A DNA stretch of 64,000 bases, taken from the NCBI RefSeq assembly GCF_030144855.1, contig NC_082713.1, positions 163,990,001-164,054,000 of the forward strand. The letters are read 5' to 3'. Both the position numbers and the translations under genes were made by a program. Shown here piece by piece: positions 1 to 12,983 of this stretch (the stretch's first letter is position 1; each line of letters begins with the position of its first letter). Below the pieces are notes generated by a model. The model saw only the letters and a list, made by a program, of their open reading frames with translations, searched no databases and was not told the DNA's origin. Source of the DNA: Hypanus sabinus (lineage: Eukaryota).

Positions 1-99
1 AGAGCAGAAACAGATTCTTGCTTAAGTCAGTACAAACATGCTAAAATCTCCCTGGAGATAAAACTAGAAAGGAGTGAAAAGCTGGGAAAGCAGACAGTA

Positions 100-3000
100 A
101 ATGAACAATAGAATAGAGGAACTAAAAATCTGCTGAAGACAGTAAATAGAAGTTAGAGCCAAAGGTGTAGTGTAGGCAGGATGGTAATTAAGGCAGTGAA
201 ATGCTCCTCCTGGAAGTTGTGGGATTGCAGGGTACATAATGATCTCTCTGATGACCAAGTGCACACAACTTCAGCTCCTGACTGACAAGGTTAAGGAATT
301 GGAACTGGAGCTGAGTCTACTACCTGCTGGCTGAGTCTTTTACTGAGGTAGTCACACCCAGAGTTCAGGCTTCAGATAGTAGATGCAGAAGTAAAGAGAG
401 TCGATAGTTAGTGCAGGGTTTTCCCGGTGGCCATACCCCTCGGCAACAAGTATACCACTTTGGATACTGCTGGTGGAGGAAGTTGAGCGATCAGAGCACA
501 ATAACAGCCAGGCCAGTGGATCTGTGGCCAGCTCTGCAGCTCAGCAGGGAAGGGTCAGAAAGGGTGACTGCGATAGGAGACTCGGTAGTTAGGAAGATGG
601 ACAAGAAACCCTGTGGCTGCAAAAAAAAAGATGCCAGGATATCATGCTGCCTCTCAGGTTCTAGGGTCAAGGATGTCTCAAAATGGCTGCAGAATATTCT
701 CAAGATGGAGGGTCAGCAGCCAGTGGTTATGGCACATATTGGTACCAATGTCACAGGTAGAAAAGGGGAGTGCAGCGAGCATAGGGAGCTAGGGAAGAGA
801 CTGGAGAGCTGGACCTCCAGTGTAGTAATCTCCGGATTACTTCCTGAGCCATGTGCTAGTCAGGACAGGAATAGGATGATAGTACAGATGAACGAGTGTT
901 TGAGGATCTGGTGCAGGGGGCTGGGTTTCAGGGGTGTGGAACTTTGAGATATCTTCAGGGGAAGGTATGACCTGTGTAAAAAGAAAGGTTTATATCTGAT
1001 GTAGAAGATGTTGAATCCTTGTGAGCAGAGATAAGAAATTGCAAGGGTAAAAGACCCTGATGGGAGATAGAAATGGCATGTAAAAAAAGGCAGGGTTAGG
1101 ACAGTCATGGGGGATCTCAATACGTAGGTAGATTGGGTAAATCAGGTTGGGGCTGGAACCTAAGAGAGGAAATTTGTAGAACCGCTACAAGATGGCTTTT
1201 GAAAACTGCTTGTGGCTGAGCAGACTAGGGGAATGGCAATTCTGAATTGTGTGATACATATTTGATTAGTGGGCTTCAGGTAAAGGAACCTTTAGGAGGC
1301 AGTGATCATAATAATAGAATTCACCCTGCAGTTTGAGAGGGAGAAGATAAAGTCAAATGCCTCAGCAGTATTACAGGAGAGTGAGCATGAGAGAGCATGA
1401 GAGAGCAGCTGGTCAAAGTTTTGAATTTACAAAATGTAACAGAATGCAGAGCACCAATGGTTGGAGTTTCTGGAGGTAATTCGGAAGGCACAGGAGAGAA
1501 ACATCCCAAAGATGAAGAAGGTGAGGCAACCATGGCTGACAAGGGAAGTCAAAGACAGCATAAAAGGCGTATAATGCAGCAAAAATTAGTGGGTAGGTAG
1601 AGGACTGGAAAAGGTGTAAAAATCAACAGAAGGCAAACTAAAAAATCCATAAAGAGAGAAAAGGTGAAATATGAAGTAAGCTAGCCAAAGCATAAAAGAG
1701 GATACAAAAAGTTTTTTTCAGGTAAACAAAAAGTGAAAAGAGAAATGAGATTGGATAGCAGACCACTGGAAAATGATGCTGGACAAAGTAATAGTGGAGG
1801 AACTAAATAGATGTTTTGTGTCAGTCTTCATAGCAGAATGCCAGAAATGCGAGAATGTCAGGGGACAGAAGAGAGTGTTGCTGCTATTACAAAGGAGAAG
1901 GTGCTTGGGAAACTGAAAGGTCTGAAGGTAGACAGGTCACCTGGACCAGATGAGTTACACTGCAAAGTTCTGCGAGAAGTAACTGAAGAGATTGTGGAGG
2001 CATTAGTTATAATCTTTCAAGAATCGCTAGATTCAGGAATGGTTACAGAGGACTGTTTGAGGGACAGAGCTAAAGATGGCTTTAGCCGACTTCTCCTGGC
2101 CCATCTGGGAAACAGTTTAACTTCTTCTTCTTTCCAATGCCTCTTCTTTCCTTTTGAGGATAGCTGGGTATGTTGGAGAGTGCGACCTACAACTGCAGAT
2201 CTTCATGTAGGTGGGTTTTCATTCTTGGAGCTTGCCGATCGGCCATGTTCTGCTGTCTCCAGGAGTGGCCTGGAAGTAGGACACCTTTCAGCTGTGGCCC
2301 TGCAGCCCTGTGGAACCAATTTCTTGCTGATGTCACCAACTGAGGCATCGCGGGAGATCAGGGCATGGAGACAGCAGGGCAGCTGTCGGAGAACCCTCCA
2401 CTTGAGCAACCTCTCCTTCTCCCTCGCTGTAGATTCTCGAGTGGGAGGAAACTCGACATGAAAGCGGCGCTGCAGACTGTAACATTGAAGCAGTGAGGTG
2501 TTTGTCTCCCCCTCACTGTGGAAGGAGCGATATCTCTTTCCCCCTTGTTACTGAGAGACATACTATGGTATGTCAGATTGTTGGGATGACTGTTGACCAT
2601 GGTCTCTTTTTGAGAGCTTTGCTGTTTGCATGGTGAGGTGCATGTGCTTCCTGTTGAAATGAGGGGGGAGGGTTGATGGTTTTGCTGCCAATTGTACTTG
2701 GGAGTGGGGAGTAGGAGCTTGGTGGATCTAACATCTTTTCTGTCATTCATTCTTTGGGTTTTTTCCTGTTTCGTGGATGTCTGTGGAGAGTAAGAATTTC
2801 AGGATGACTATTTTATACATTCTCTGATATTAGGCAGAACCATTGAATCATTGACTAGAAAATTACACATATCACTCCACTCTTTTAGTATTATGAGAGG
2901 CAGAAGTAAGGAAATTATAGGCCAGTTAGTGATTGGGAAGATGTTGGAGTCTATTATAAAGAATGAGGTCTCTGAGTACTTGGATGAAATAGACCTGGTT

Positions 3001-3105
3001 TCAGCATGGTTTCCTTAAGGGGAAGTCTTGCCTGACAAATCTTTTGGAGTTCTTTGAGGAAATAACAAGCAGGACTAAAAAAGGAAAGTCAGCGGATGTT
3101 GTGTA
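100..3105 (+). mobile_element. Degraded CR1 LINE: ORF1 (SGNH esterase) remnant plus ORF2 endonuclease/RT fragments, interrupted at ~2056-2852
   Basis: ORF 411-947 has the IGDSVVR and HIGTN SGNH-esterase motifs typical of CR1 ORF1. ORF 1811 has KLKGLKVDRSPGPDELH..VLREV, and QHGFLKGKSCLTNLLEFFEE is readable near 3002-3062. Many stops and frameshifts. Confidence 0.85.
2056..2852 (+). mobile_element. Unclassified non-LTR/SINE-like insertion inside the CR1
   Basis: CR1 text breaks after ...gaggactg and resumes at ctagaaaattac. The insert ends in a short tandem tail (accattgaatcattga), like LINE 3' ends elsewhere in the window. Confidence 0.55.
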
Positions 3106-6100
3106 GTTGAATTGAATTGACTTTATTTCTTGCATCCTTCACATACATGAGGAGTAAAAATCTTTACGTTATGTCCAAATGTGCAATATGCAATCACAGT
3201 AATTTATAGTAATTTATAATAAATAGAACAGTTAATGTAACATAGAATACGCTCAAGTCAGCGTGAGTTAATCAGTCTGATGGGCTGGTGGAAGAAGTTG
3301 TCCCAGAGCCTGTTGATCCTGGCTTTTATGCTGTGGTACCGTTTCCTGGATGCTAGCAGCTCGGATAGATTGGGGTCTGGGGTGACTTGGATCCCCAAAG
3401 ATCCTTCGGGTCCTTTTTTCACACCCGTCTTTGTAAATGTCCTGAATCATGGGAAGTTCACAACTACAGATGTGCTGGGATGTCCGCACCACTCTCTGCA
3501 GAGTCCTGCGATCAAGGGAGAAACAGTTCCCATACCATAATCTGGTAAATTGGATCAGTGAACTTGCTGATGATACAGATATTGGAGGTGTAGTGGACAG
3601 TGAGGAAGGTTTTCAAAGCTTGCAGAGGGATTTGGACCAGCTGGAAAAATGGGCTGACAAATGGCAGATGGAGTTTAATGCAGACAAGTGTGAGGTATTG
3701 CACTTTGGAAGGACAAACCAAGGTAGAACGTATAAGGTAAGTGGAAGGACACTGAGGAGTGCAGTAGAACAGAGGGATCTGGGAATACAGATACAAAATT
3801 CCCTAAAAGTGGCATCACAAGTAGATAGGGTCATAAAGAGAGCTTTTGGCACATTGGCCTTTATAAATCAAAGTATTGAGGATAAGAGTTGGAATGTTAT
3901 GGTGAGGTTGCATAAGACATTAGTGAGGCCGAATTTGGAGTATTGTGTGCAGTTTTGGTCACCTAATTACAGGAAGAATATTAATAAGGTTGAAAGAGTG
4001 CAGAGAAGGTTTACAAGGCTGTTGCCCGGACTTGAGAGACTGAGTTACAGAGAAAGGTTGAATAGGTTAAGACTTTATTCCCTGAAGCATAGAAGAATGA
4101 GAGGAGATTTGATAGAGGTATATAAAATTATGATGGGTATAGATAGAGTGAATGCAAGCAGGCTGTTTTCACAGAGGCTAGGGGAGAAAAAAAGCAGAGG
4201 ACATGGGTTAAGGGTGAAAAAGGAAAAGTTTAAAGGGAACATTAGGGGGAACTTCTTCACACAGAGAGTGGTGGGAGTATGGAATGAGCTGCCAGTTGAA
4301 GCGGTGAATGCAGGCTCACTTTTAACATTTAAGAAAAGCTTGGACAGGTACATAGATGAGAGGTGTATGGAGGGATATGGTCCAGGTGCAGGTCAGTGGG
4401 ACCAGGCAGAAAAATGGTTCAGCACAGCCAAGAAGGGCCAAAAGGCCTGTTTCTGTGCTGTAATGTTCTATGGTTTTATGGCTCTACCAGGCAGTGATGC
4501 AGCCAGTCAGGATGCTCTCAATTGTGCCCCTGTAGAAAGTTCTTAGGATTTGGGGCCTATACCAAACTTCCTCAACTGTCTGAGGTGAAAGAGGTGTTGT
4601 CATGCCTTTTTCACCACACAGCTGGTGTGCACAGACCACGTGAGGTCCTCAGTTGTTTATCTTTTCAACCCCAGATCCATTGATGTGAATAGGGGCTGAC
4701 TCCATTCTTCCTGTAATCCACAACCAGCTCCTTTGTTTTCGCGACGTTGAGGGAGAGGTTGTTTTCTTGACACCACTGTGTCAGAGAGGTGACTTCTTCC
4801 CTGTAGGCCACCTCGTTATTGTTTGAGATTAGGACAATTAATGTAGTGTCATTGGCAAAATTAATTAGCAGATTGGGGCTGTGGATGGTGACATAGTCAT
4901 GGGTATACAGGAAGTAAAGGAGGGGACTCAGTACACAGCCCTGAGGGGCTCCTGTATTGAGTGTCAGAAGGTTGGAGGTGAGGGAGCCCACTCTTACCAC
5001 CAGCTGGCGATCTGATAGGAAGTCCAGGATCCAGCTGCACAAGGCAGAGTCAAGGCCAAGGTCTCTGTTTCCTGTCGAGCCTGAATGGAATTATGGTGTT
5101 GAATGCTGAACTGTAGTCCAAGAACAGAATTCTCACATTAGCATCCTTCTTCTCCAGATGTGTAAGAGCAGTGTGTTGAGCTGTGGCTATTGTGTCATCT
5201 GTCAGTCGGTTGTGTCGGGAGGTGAATTGTAGGGGGTCCAGTGTGGGTGGTAGCAAGCTGCAGATGTAATCCTTGACCAGCCTCTCAAAGCATTTGCTTA
5301 TTATTGAGGTGAGTGTGACTGGACGCCAGTCATTCAGACATGTTACCTTGGTCTTTTTAGGTATAGGGACAATGGTGGATAATTTGAAGCAGGAGGGCAC
5401 TCTACACTGGGAGAGGGAGAGATTAAAAATGTCTGTAAACACACCTGCCAGTGGTGCTGCTCACATCCTGAGAACTCACCTTAGGATGCCGTCCAGTCCC
5501 ACGGCCTTGCGACTGTCCACTCGTTGGAAACAACTGTGTACCTCAGCCTCAGAGATGACCAGGTTGCAGGTTGTGGTGGTGGCTTTCCTCGGAGGCTCAG
5601 AGTTAGCGACATCGAACTGAGCGTAAAAGCGATTGAGCTCATCTGGGAGAGAGGCCGCGATGTTGGCGGCACCGCTACGTTTGGCTTGGAAGTCTACGAT
5701 GTAGCCCTCGCCACAAGGCACGTGTGCTATTCGTTATGAATCTTGACTCAATCTTGTCCCTGTCTTATTGTTTCACAGCCTTGATAGCTTTGCGCAGATT
5801 GTATTGGCTTTTCTTGAGCTCCTGCTGATTGCCGGCAGCGTAAGCTCTATGTCAGTGCTGCTCACACGGAACTATTGATCCAGGGTTTCTGGTTCGGGAA
5901 GACCCTGACTGACATCAGGGAGACATCATCAATGCACTTTCTGGGTGAAGCACGCGACTCCATCTGTGAACTCAGAGACATCCTCATCGTGGAAGACATT
6001 CCAGTCGACGTCCTCGAAGCAGTCCTGCAGCATGGAGTCCGATTGGTCGGACCAACAGTGGACGGTTTTAACTAGGGCCGCCTCTTGTTTCAGCTTCTGC

Positions 6101-6445
6101 CTGAAAGTCGGCAGAAGCAGGATCGAAGAGTGATCCGATTTTCCAAAAGCTGGGCGAAGGAGAGCTTTGTAAGCGTTGTGGAATGACGTGTAGCAGTGGC
6201 CAAGTGTGTTATCTCCATGAGTGCTCACCTGGATGTGCTGACAAAACTTCAGAGAGACTGTCATCAGCAATGCTCGATTAAAGTCACTGGCAACAATGAA
6301 GGCGGCCTCTGGGGGTGCAGTCTCCAGCGTGTTGATGGATTCTTACAGTTCCTAGAGAGCTAGGTCAGTATCAGCCTGTGGCAGAATGTACACAATATGC
6401 TGATAACAGCAGTGAACTCCCTAAGCAGCCAGTAGGGTCTTCACA
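3106..6445 (-). mobile_element. Rex1/Babar-type LINE, large degraded copy (endonuclease + RT + 3' tail)
   Basis: Minus-strand ORFs contain [54 protein letters not shown] and AFGKSDHSSILL. A (TCAAT)n tail lies at ~3106-3121. Confidence 0.85.
3538..4484 (+). mobile_element. Young 5'-truncated CR1 LINE (RT C-terminus + 3'UTR) nested in Rex1
   Basis: Stop-free frame ADDTDIGG...QMEFNADKCEVLHFG...RPNLEYCVQFWSP...NFFTQRVV. Tail ttctatggttttatggctc. Flanked by TACCA (3533-3537, 4485-4489). Confidence 0.9.
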
Positions 6446-6668
6446 GCTGTAGAAGTACAGCCAAGTGATCAGACTTTCTGAAATGAGGGCATGGAATAGC
6501 ACGGTAGGCATTCCTGATGGTGGTGTAACAATGTCCAGTGTGTTGTTTCCTCTGGTGCTACAAGTGATTGGTTGCTGATAATTGTTTAGCGACTTTTTCA
6601 AGTTGGCCTGGTTAATATCCCTCAAGATGATGGTGAAGGTGTCAGAATGTGCTGTTTCATGCATGTTG
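6446..6668 (-). mobile_element. Endonuclease fragment of a second Rex1-like family
   Basis: ORF 6371-6664 contains QANLKKSLNNYQQPITCSTRGNNTLD, paralogous to the STHGDNTLGHCY segment in ORF 5929-6270. Confidence 0.6.
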
Positions 6669-6940
6669 ACACAGCCTCAGAATAGAGGGGAATCCATCTA
6701 GAACAGAGATGAAGAAACATTTCTTTAGCCAGATTCTGGTAAATATGTGGAATTCATTGCCACAACAGCTGTGCAGGTCATTGGAACTTGACAGGTTCTT
6801 GATTAATCACGGCGTTAAATGTTACAGGGAGAAGGCAGGACATTGGGGTTGAGAGGAGTAATAAATCAGCCATGATGGAATGGCAGAGCAGACTTGATGG
6901 GCTGAATGGCCTAATTCTGCTCCTACGTCTTATGGTCTTA
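6669..6940 (+). mobile_element. CR1 3' end
   Basis: acagcctcagaatagagggg...ttctttagccag...gatgggctgaatggcctaattctgctcct, the same family 3' end as at ~21020-21305. Confidence 0.8.
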
Positions 6941-7120
6941 AAGTTGATCCTTATCCTTCTAAGGCAGGTCAAAAGCCTATCTTGGACAAGGTAAGTACAA
7001 TATGACGCACGTTTACCTCACATCAGGACAGACTTTCTCTGAACAAAACAAAATTCTGTAGCTGGGTCTTGCTTTAACGGCACCAAAGGATATTTGGCCT
7101 CTCGTGGTCAGAACAAATTA

Positions 7121-7139
7121 CAGCCACTAGAGGGAGTGC
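7121..7139 (+). promoter_or_regulatory. Candidate CTCF site
   Basis: CAGCCACTAGAGGGAGTGC closely matches the CTCF core CCASYAGRKGGCR and lies in an apparently non-repeat stretch. Confidence 0.35.
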
Positions 7140-7289
7140 TCTCACAACCTGAATTGCTTCTGTTCCAACATTCAACTGTTAAGTGCTCTGATTTATTCCC
7201 CTTGCGGCTGATCGTTGGCCTCTCAGAGATTTTGACCAAACCCACTGACAAGCAGCTGAATACAACTTTACAGTCAAGGCACATTTGGA

Positions 7290-7730
7290 ATATTGTCAGT
7301 TCTTGTCACAGAAGGAATGTGGTTACTTTAGAGATGATACAGAAAAGATTAACCCCGATGTTGTCAGGATTGAAATGCATAAGCTATAAAGAGGTTGGAC
7401 AAACTTGGATTGTTTTCTACAGACTGAGGGGCAACCTAATGGGAGTATATAGGATCATGGAGGCTTAAATAGGGTGCATGGTCAGAGTCCTTTCTCCCAA
7501 CGTGGAAAAGCCATAGCTTGAAGGCGAAATGGGCAAAATTTAAGAGATTTACAAGGTAACTGCCTAGAACATCCTACCAGGGGAGGTGATAGAATCAGAT
7601 ATGATAATAATACTTAAGAGACATCTAGATGGATACTTGTATAGGCAGGAAATGGATAGAAGCCGACCATGCGGCAGCAGGTGATTGCACAGAAGTGATG
7701 GGCTGAATGGCCTGTTCCATTGCTGTACTT
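7290..7730 (+). mobile_element. Old CR1 3' fragment
   Basis: End of ORF 7094 reads LEMIQKRLTPMLSGL..SYKE...RLRGNLMGVYRIM, followed by a gatgggctgaatggcctg 3'UTR. Confidence 0.7.
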
Positions 7731-7929
7731 TTTAAGGTGTAAGTGATAATTCAAAACAAATTATCCTGCTTTCTCATTTTTCTTTACAAGAAGCAGGCCA
7801 TTCAGCCCATCGGCTATGCTTGTAGACCAGTCCCACTAGTTCCATGTCATTCATTTATTTCCCTATAATCTATTCTTTCTCAATTTGCCATTTGCCAGTC
7901 TATCCTACCACCCAAAGCATGAAAGGTAT

Positions 7930-8280
7930 TTTGTTCATTCATTGGTTATGTGCTGTGCTGAATGATGTAATCATTGTCTTATCCATGATCATATTTGTTC
8001 TTGGTAAATTTATCTACAGAAGTGGTTTGCCATTGCCTTCTTCTGGACAGTGTCTTTACAAGTTGGGTGTCCCCAACCATTATCAATACTCTTCAGAGAT
8101 TGTCTGCCTGGCATCAGTGGTGGCATCACCAGGAGCAGTGATATGCACCAGCTGTTGTCACATCTTTACGTGATCCTGTTCAGGGGGCTAAGCAGGTGCT
8201 ACACCTTGCCTAAGGGTGACCCGCAGGCCGGCAGAGGCAAGCCTTACACCTCCTTTGATAGAAACTTATCTCCACCCTAC
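7930..8280 (-). mobile_element. SINE with RTE/Bov-A/Sauria-SINE-like motif, nested in a tRNA-derived SINE (~7790-8470)
   Basis: The minus strand has GAAGGCAATGGCAAACCACTTCT. Flanks carry the acggggagaatgtgcag..ccacac SINE text. Confidence 0.55.
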
Positions 8281-8851
8281 AACCCAGTTATCTACAGTAA
8301 TTAATTAACATTATATATTTTTGGAGTCAGGGCTGGAGTCAGGGCAGCAAGCAGGAACATCGAAAGGAAGTCCGTGTGATTACGGGGAGAATGTGCAGAT
8401 ACCACACTGACAGCGTCAGAGATCTGAAATGAACCAAGGACAGTGGAAATGTGAGACAGCAGCACTATTTCACCATTCAAACTTTTCTGTTTTCATGCTG
8501 TATTTCTGCTACTTTTCTGGCCTTTGGATAGTTTAGAGTCTGCACGATATTTGAATTACTACTATTTTAGTGTGCTGGGCCACTCAATTTCTGTTCCTGA
8601 AATGCAGTAAGGATATTCCACTTGATAAACTCCCAAAACGTATTTTATTACATTTGTTTTTATTTCAGCATTCTGATTGTCAGTGTTATCTATTGATCCT
8701 CCTTTAATTCAGCTGTACCACTGCATTTTTCAGTTTCCTGAACTTCAGTGGTTAGTAGGGCAAAGTCTAACCATGGGAGAATAAGCCCACAGGGAGGCCA
8801 GAGGCACTACCTGGAAGCTCTAATCAGAGAAAGTTCAGATTCAGATTTTCG

Positions 8852-9371
8852 CTCAGTGGCCATTTGATTAAGTATACCTGCTTGCTAATGTGAATATCTC
8901 ATCAGCTAATCATATGGCAGCCTTGCAATGTATAAAAGCATGCAGATATAGTCAAGAGGTTCAGTTGTTGTTCAGACCAAACATCAGTTTGGGGAAGAAG
9001 TATGATCTAAGTGACTTTGTCCATGGAATGGTTATTGGTGCCAGACGGGGTGGTTTGAGTATTTAAAAAGCTGCTCATCTCCTGGCTTTTTCATGCACAA
9101 CTGTCTCTATAGTTTACTGAGATAGGTGTGAAAAACAAAAGACATCCAGTGTAGCAGTTCTGTGGCAAAAACACCTTGTTAATGAGGTAGGTTAGAGAGG
9201 AATATCCAGACTGGTTCAAGCCGACTGGAAGGTGACAGTAACTCAAATAACCACGCATTACAATGGTGCTGTACAGAGAGCAGCATTCTCAACATATTGA
9301 ATCTTCAAGTCGATGGGCTACAGCAACAGAAGACCACAGAAATACATTCAGTGGCCACTTTATTAGGTACA
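8852..9371 (+). mobile_element. Non-autonomous Tc1-like DNA transposon (paired-like DNA-binding N-terminus remnant)
   Basis: TIR-like ctcagtggccatttgattaagta at the start and cagtggccactttattaggtaca at the end. Encodes degenerate GKKYDLSDFVHGMVIGARRGGLS..AAHLLAFSCTTVS. Confidence 0.85.
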
Positions 9372-9659
9372 GTAGGGAAAGTTCCAGATTCTTCTCATAA
9401 CTGTGTCTAATCACCGGGAGTTAAAAACCATTGGACAAGTGTAGGAGAGGGCCTGGAAACAGACTGGTGAAACACTGAGGATATTTGGATGCCAAAGCTG
9501 AAAGAGCTGATCTGATGATTGTTACTTGCAAGTGCTTCAAATATTGAGGAACTTCTCCCTCACTCACCTGAATAAAATGTTGTGTTGTGGATTTCTATGC
9601 ATCTCAATGTATGTCTAATGGAAGAAAGAGGTCATTATTTGATCTTCTACCTCAGTTTC

Positions 9660-11200
9660 ACTTTGCCTCACTGTCTCCACATCCCTTGATTCTTTTAATA
9701 GCCAGAAACGAAGTTTGAATGAATTCAATGACTAAACCCACACTGCCCTCCTTTGTAGATTATTCCTCAAGTGAAATAAATTTCCTGCAGTGAATAAATA
9801 TTTCCCCATTTTGGTCCAAATTGGCCTATCCAGATTTGAACAATAGGCTCTCTGAGCTTAGACTCCACAGCCAGATGAACTATCATCCTTGCATCCAATC
9901 TGTAAGTTTTGATGAGACCTCCTCTCATCCCTGTGATCTCCAAAGTGTGCAGTCTAGTCTATACAATCTTTCCTCATGGTGCAAATCTGCCAACCCTAGA
10001 ACTAGTCTATAGATTTTCTCTGTAGCAATATGTTCTTTCTTAGGTATGAGGACCAAAACTGCACACACTTCTCCAGGTATGGGCTCACCAGTGTCCCATG
10101 TAATTGGAATAAAACTTTCTTACTCCTGTATTCAAAGACTCTCTTAATGAAGACCAACATACCATTTGCCCTCCTTGTGTAGACAAACACCCGACATCAA
10201 AGGCAAAGTAAATTTATTACAAAGTACATAGATGCAGCAGACATATACTACCTGGAGATTCATTTACTTGTAGGCTTTTACAGGAAAATAAATGAATACA
10301 ACAGCATTTATGAAAACTGTACATGAATAAAGATTGACAAACGACCATTGTGCAAATGAACTCAAATGTGCAAATAAAAAAGTAAGTAACTTTAGAAACA
10401 TGAGTTGTAGACTTTGTAGATGCCTTCAAAGTGAGTCTGTAGATTGTAGAATCAAGTTCATAGTTGAGGTGAATGAATGTCTCTTTGCTCATCAACACTG
10501 TCACTTTCTATTCATTTAACACATACTCTGCTTTCCTGTCTGGTGCCACAATGTAGATCTTTAAACTTTATAGTCTATCTCTTGTGTTTTCTCTGATCCA
10601 CTCAGCTGCACCACAGCACTTCGACTCCCCTTTACATTCTGTGCTGCGCTCATGCTCCAACCTGATATCAGGCAAGCTTGGAAACATGACTTCTCGTTCT
10701 CATAGAAAACTCAATGATTTGTGAGTAACTGTGGTCCAAGCATCAATCCCTGCAGAGCCATATTGTCACAACCCACCAATCTGAGAACAATGTGTTCATT
10801 CCACGCTTCTTTGCTGTCTAATAGCTAGTTCTCAATCTATATCAGATTAGTGTCCCAAATTCATGCTGTATAACCTTGTTGACCAATTACTTATGTGTGA
10901 CTTCTTCAAAAACTTTTCAAAGATCCAAGCACATCACATTCACTCTATCAAGCCAGACTTCAAACTCCAATAGATTAGTTAACCATGATTTGTATAACAA
11001 AAACCCACTTTGTCCCTTTTTCATCCTATTATTCTTTTCAAAGTGTCTGATCTTGCATCCTTCATTATAGATTCCAGAGTTTGCCTTGCCCACTGATGTT
11101 TGGTTATCAGGTCTGTAATTCTGTTTTCTTCCTTCTTTCCAAATTTGGCCATATTTGCCACCCTTTTTTAGATCAATTGGGATCATTTTTTTCTTTTCCA
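9660..11200 (-). mobile_element. Old CR1 ORF2 fragment, interrupted by a LINE 3' piece (~10195-10500)
   Basis: ORF 10002-10190 has LVSPYLEKCVQFWSSYLRK. ORF 10917-11201 has QSGFL..KSWLTNLLEF. Confidence 0.7.
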
Positions 11201-11592
11201 TTTGTTTTCTTGTGATTTGCTATCTCATTTTTAAAGTCTCCTTGCTGAAGATCTATTTCATGGAGGTCCATTCCATCATTCCAATGATGTTTCTTTATGA
11301 GTGTGACTGGATACTGAACGCTGGGGCGATATTTTCTCATGGAGGAAAAAGCATATGATTTCCAACTCCGTTCTGATTTTCCACTCACATGCATATGCAT
11401 GAGCTGATGAACAATAAACACCCAAGCTAATTTCCTTCTCTACACTTGAGGTGCATCAAACAAATTATAACAATCTTGCCTCAGCTGCTGATTAGCTTCT
11501 GAAACAATGCTGAATAACCTTGCAGTTTCTTTTATATATATGTGATATATTCCAAATATTTGCATTGGCTTTCCCAGGAAGAAATGCTATAC

Positions 11593-11945
11593 ATATTAGC
11601 TACACCTGTACACTTGTTCACTAATGCAAATATCTAATCAACCAATCGAAGGACAGCAGCTGAATATATCAAAGCAATCAGATCTGAATGAGGAAGATAT
11701 GTAATCTACAGTATGTGACGTATTGTATTACAGTATGTAATCTACAGTATCATGGAATGGTTGTTGAAGCCACACAGGGTGGTTCAAGTATTTCAAAAAC
11801 TGCTCAGCTCCTGGGTTTTTCGTGCACAACTGTCAATAAAGTTCACAGAGGATGGTGTAAGAAACAAAAAAAATCCAGCGAGTGTCAGTTCTGTGGGCAA
11901 AAGTTTCTTGTTAATGAGAGATGTCGGAGGAGAATGGCCAGACAT
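11593..11945 (+). mobile_element. Second, truncated copy of the Tc1-like element
   Basis: ORF 11688 has GMVVEATQGGSSISKTAQLLGFSCTTVNKVHRGWC..SSECQFCG..LVNERCRRRMAR. Confidence 0.8.
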
Positions 11946-12409
11946 TTATATGCTCATGTCATATTGACTATGTATGATTCTGACCTCTTTGCTTCATTTA
12001 AAGGGAATTTCAAAAGCAGCTGGAAGTTGCAGCTGTAATTACAAACCCCCCTTAGTACTCCTGATCCATGCTGAATTTCCAGCCAACATACAAGATGTCA
12101 ATGATTGTGAATTTCCTCTTCACTGGAAATTGAATCCCAATTTATATATATTCGGGCGCAATAATTTTTCAATTAAATGATCCGAGATTTTGCTTTTTAC
12201 TTCTCTTGGAAGAGACTATTTGAAAGTTGCATTGAGAATCACCCATCATAAAAGTAAGTGTCCTATTTTTTTTCATTTCAGCAAAATGAAGATCCGGCAG
12301 TGAAGAATACCCAGAACATTAGTTGAAAATCAGTTCAATTTCTCAAAGAGTTTTTATCCTTATTTTAATAAATTTTTCAAAACAGCAAAAAATTAGTTGA
12401 TATTTGAAG

Positions 12410-12600
12410 TTACACATCATAAATGCTGGAATAAGTCAGCAGATCAAGAAGCATCTATGGAGAAGAATAAAGAGCTGCCATTTCTGGCCAAGACCCTTCA
12501 TCAGGACTGCAAAGGACAGGGGAAGAAGCCAGAATAAGAATGTGGGGAGAGCTGAAGAAATACAAGCTGGAAGGTAAGAGGTACAACTAGATGAGGGGAA
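12410..12600 (-). mobile_element. Penelope-like element 3'/pLTR fragment with degenerate hammerhead motif
   Basis: The minus strand reads cagtcCTGATGAagggtcttggccaGAAAtg, the same family as 17881 and 30775. Confidence 0.6.
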
Positions 12601-12983
12601 ATATTTTAAATTGACATTTGGAGTAGACCTGGAGATGCCTTCAGTGAAGAGGTGTGTTAGCTTTTCACTATGAGTGCATTAGATGAGATTACTTTCCACA
12701 CACTGGATGAATGACTCAAAGGCATTATACATAGTAATAATCCAAGAAAGTAAATTCTTTCTCTTTGAATGGAAAGTTAATGATTCAGCCAGTTCATATC
12801 ATCTTGATAGTGCAACAGATCCATAATTCAAAACAGCATTCGGAGTAGATGTGGGGCCTGGCAAGTACAACTACCCAGACCTCCTTTTAATTTACAAAGA
12901 GCACATTGACTTTAACTGCACTGGGTAGTTTTACATTATTACTACAGCCATTTATATTTTGATTAAGGGCAGCACTTACTGTG

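Noticed and set aside
411-947. Host SGNH/GDSL esterase gene
   Set aside because: It is CR1 ORF1, directly followed by CR1 ORF2 remnants and broken by stops.
3449-4546. Longest ORF (365 aa) as a host gene
   Set aside because: It is a chimera of antisense Rex1 flanks and a nested CR1 RT fragment bounded by a TSD.
11688-12038. 116-aa HTH protein gene
   Set aside because: A truncated Tc1 remnant with no DDE domain, present in three decayed copies.
12200-12330. Exons of an upstream neighbour gene (e.g. CAPS2) around gtaagt...tttcag
   Set aside because: The implied intron is under 30 nt, and there is no EF-hand or CAPS2-like translation.
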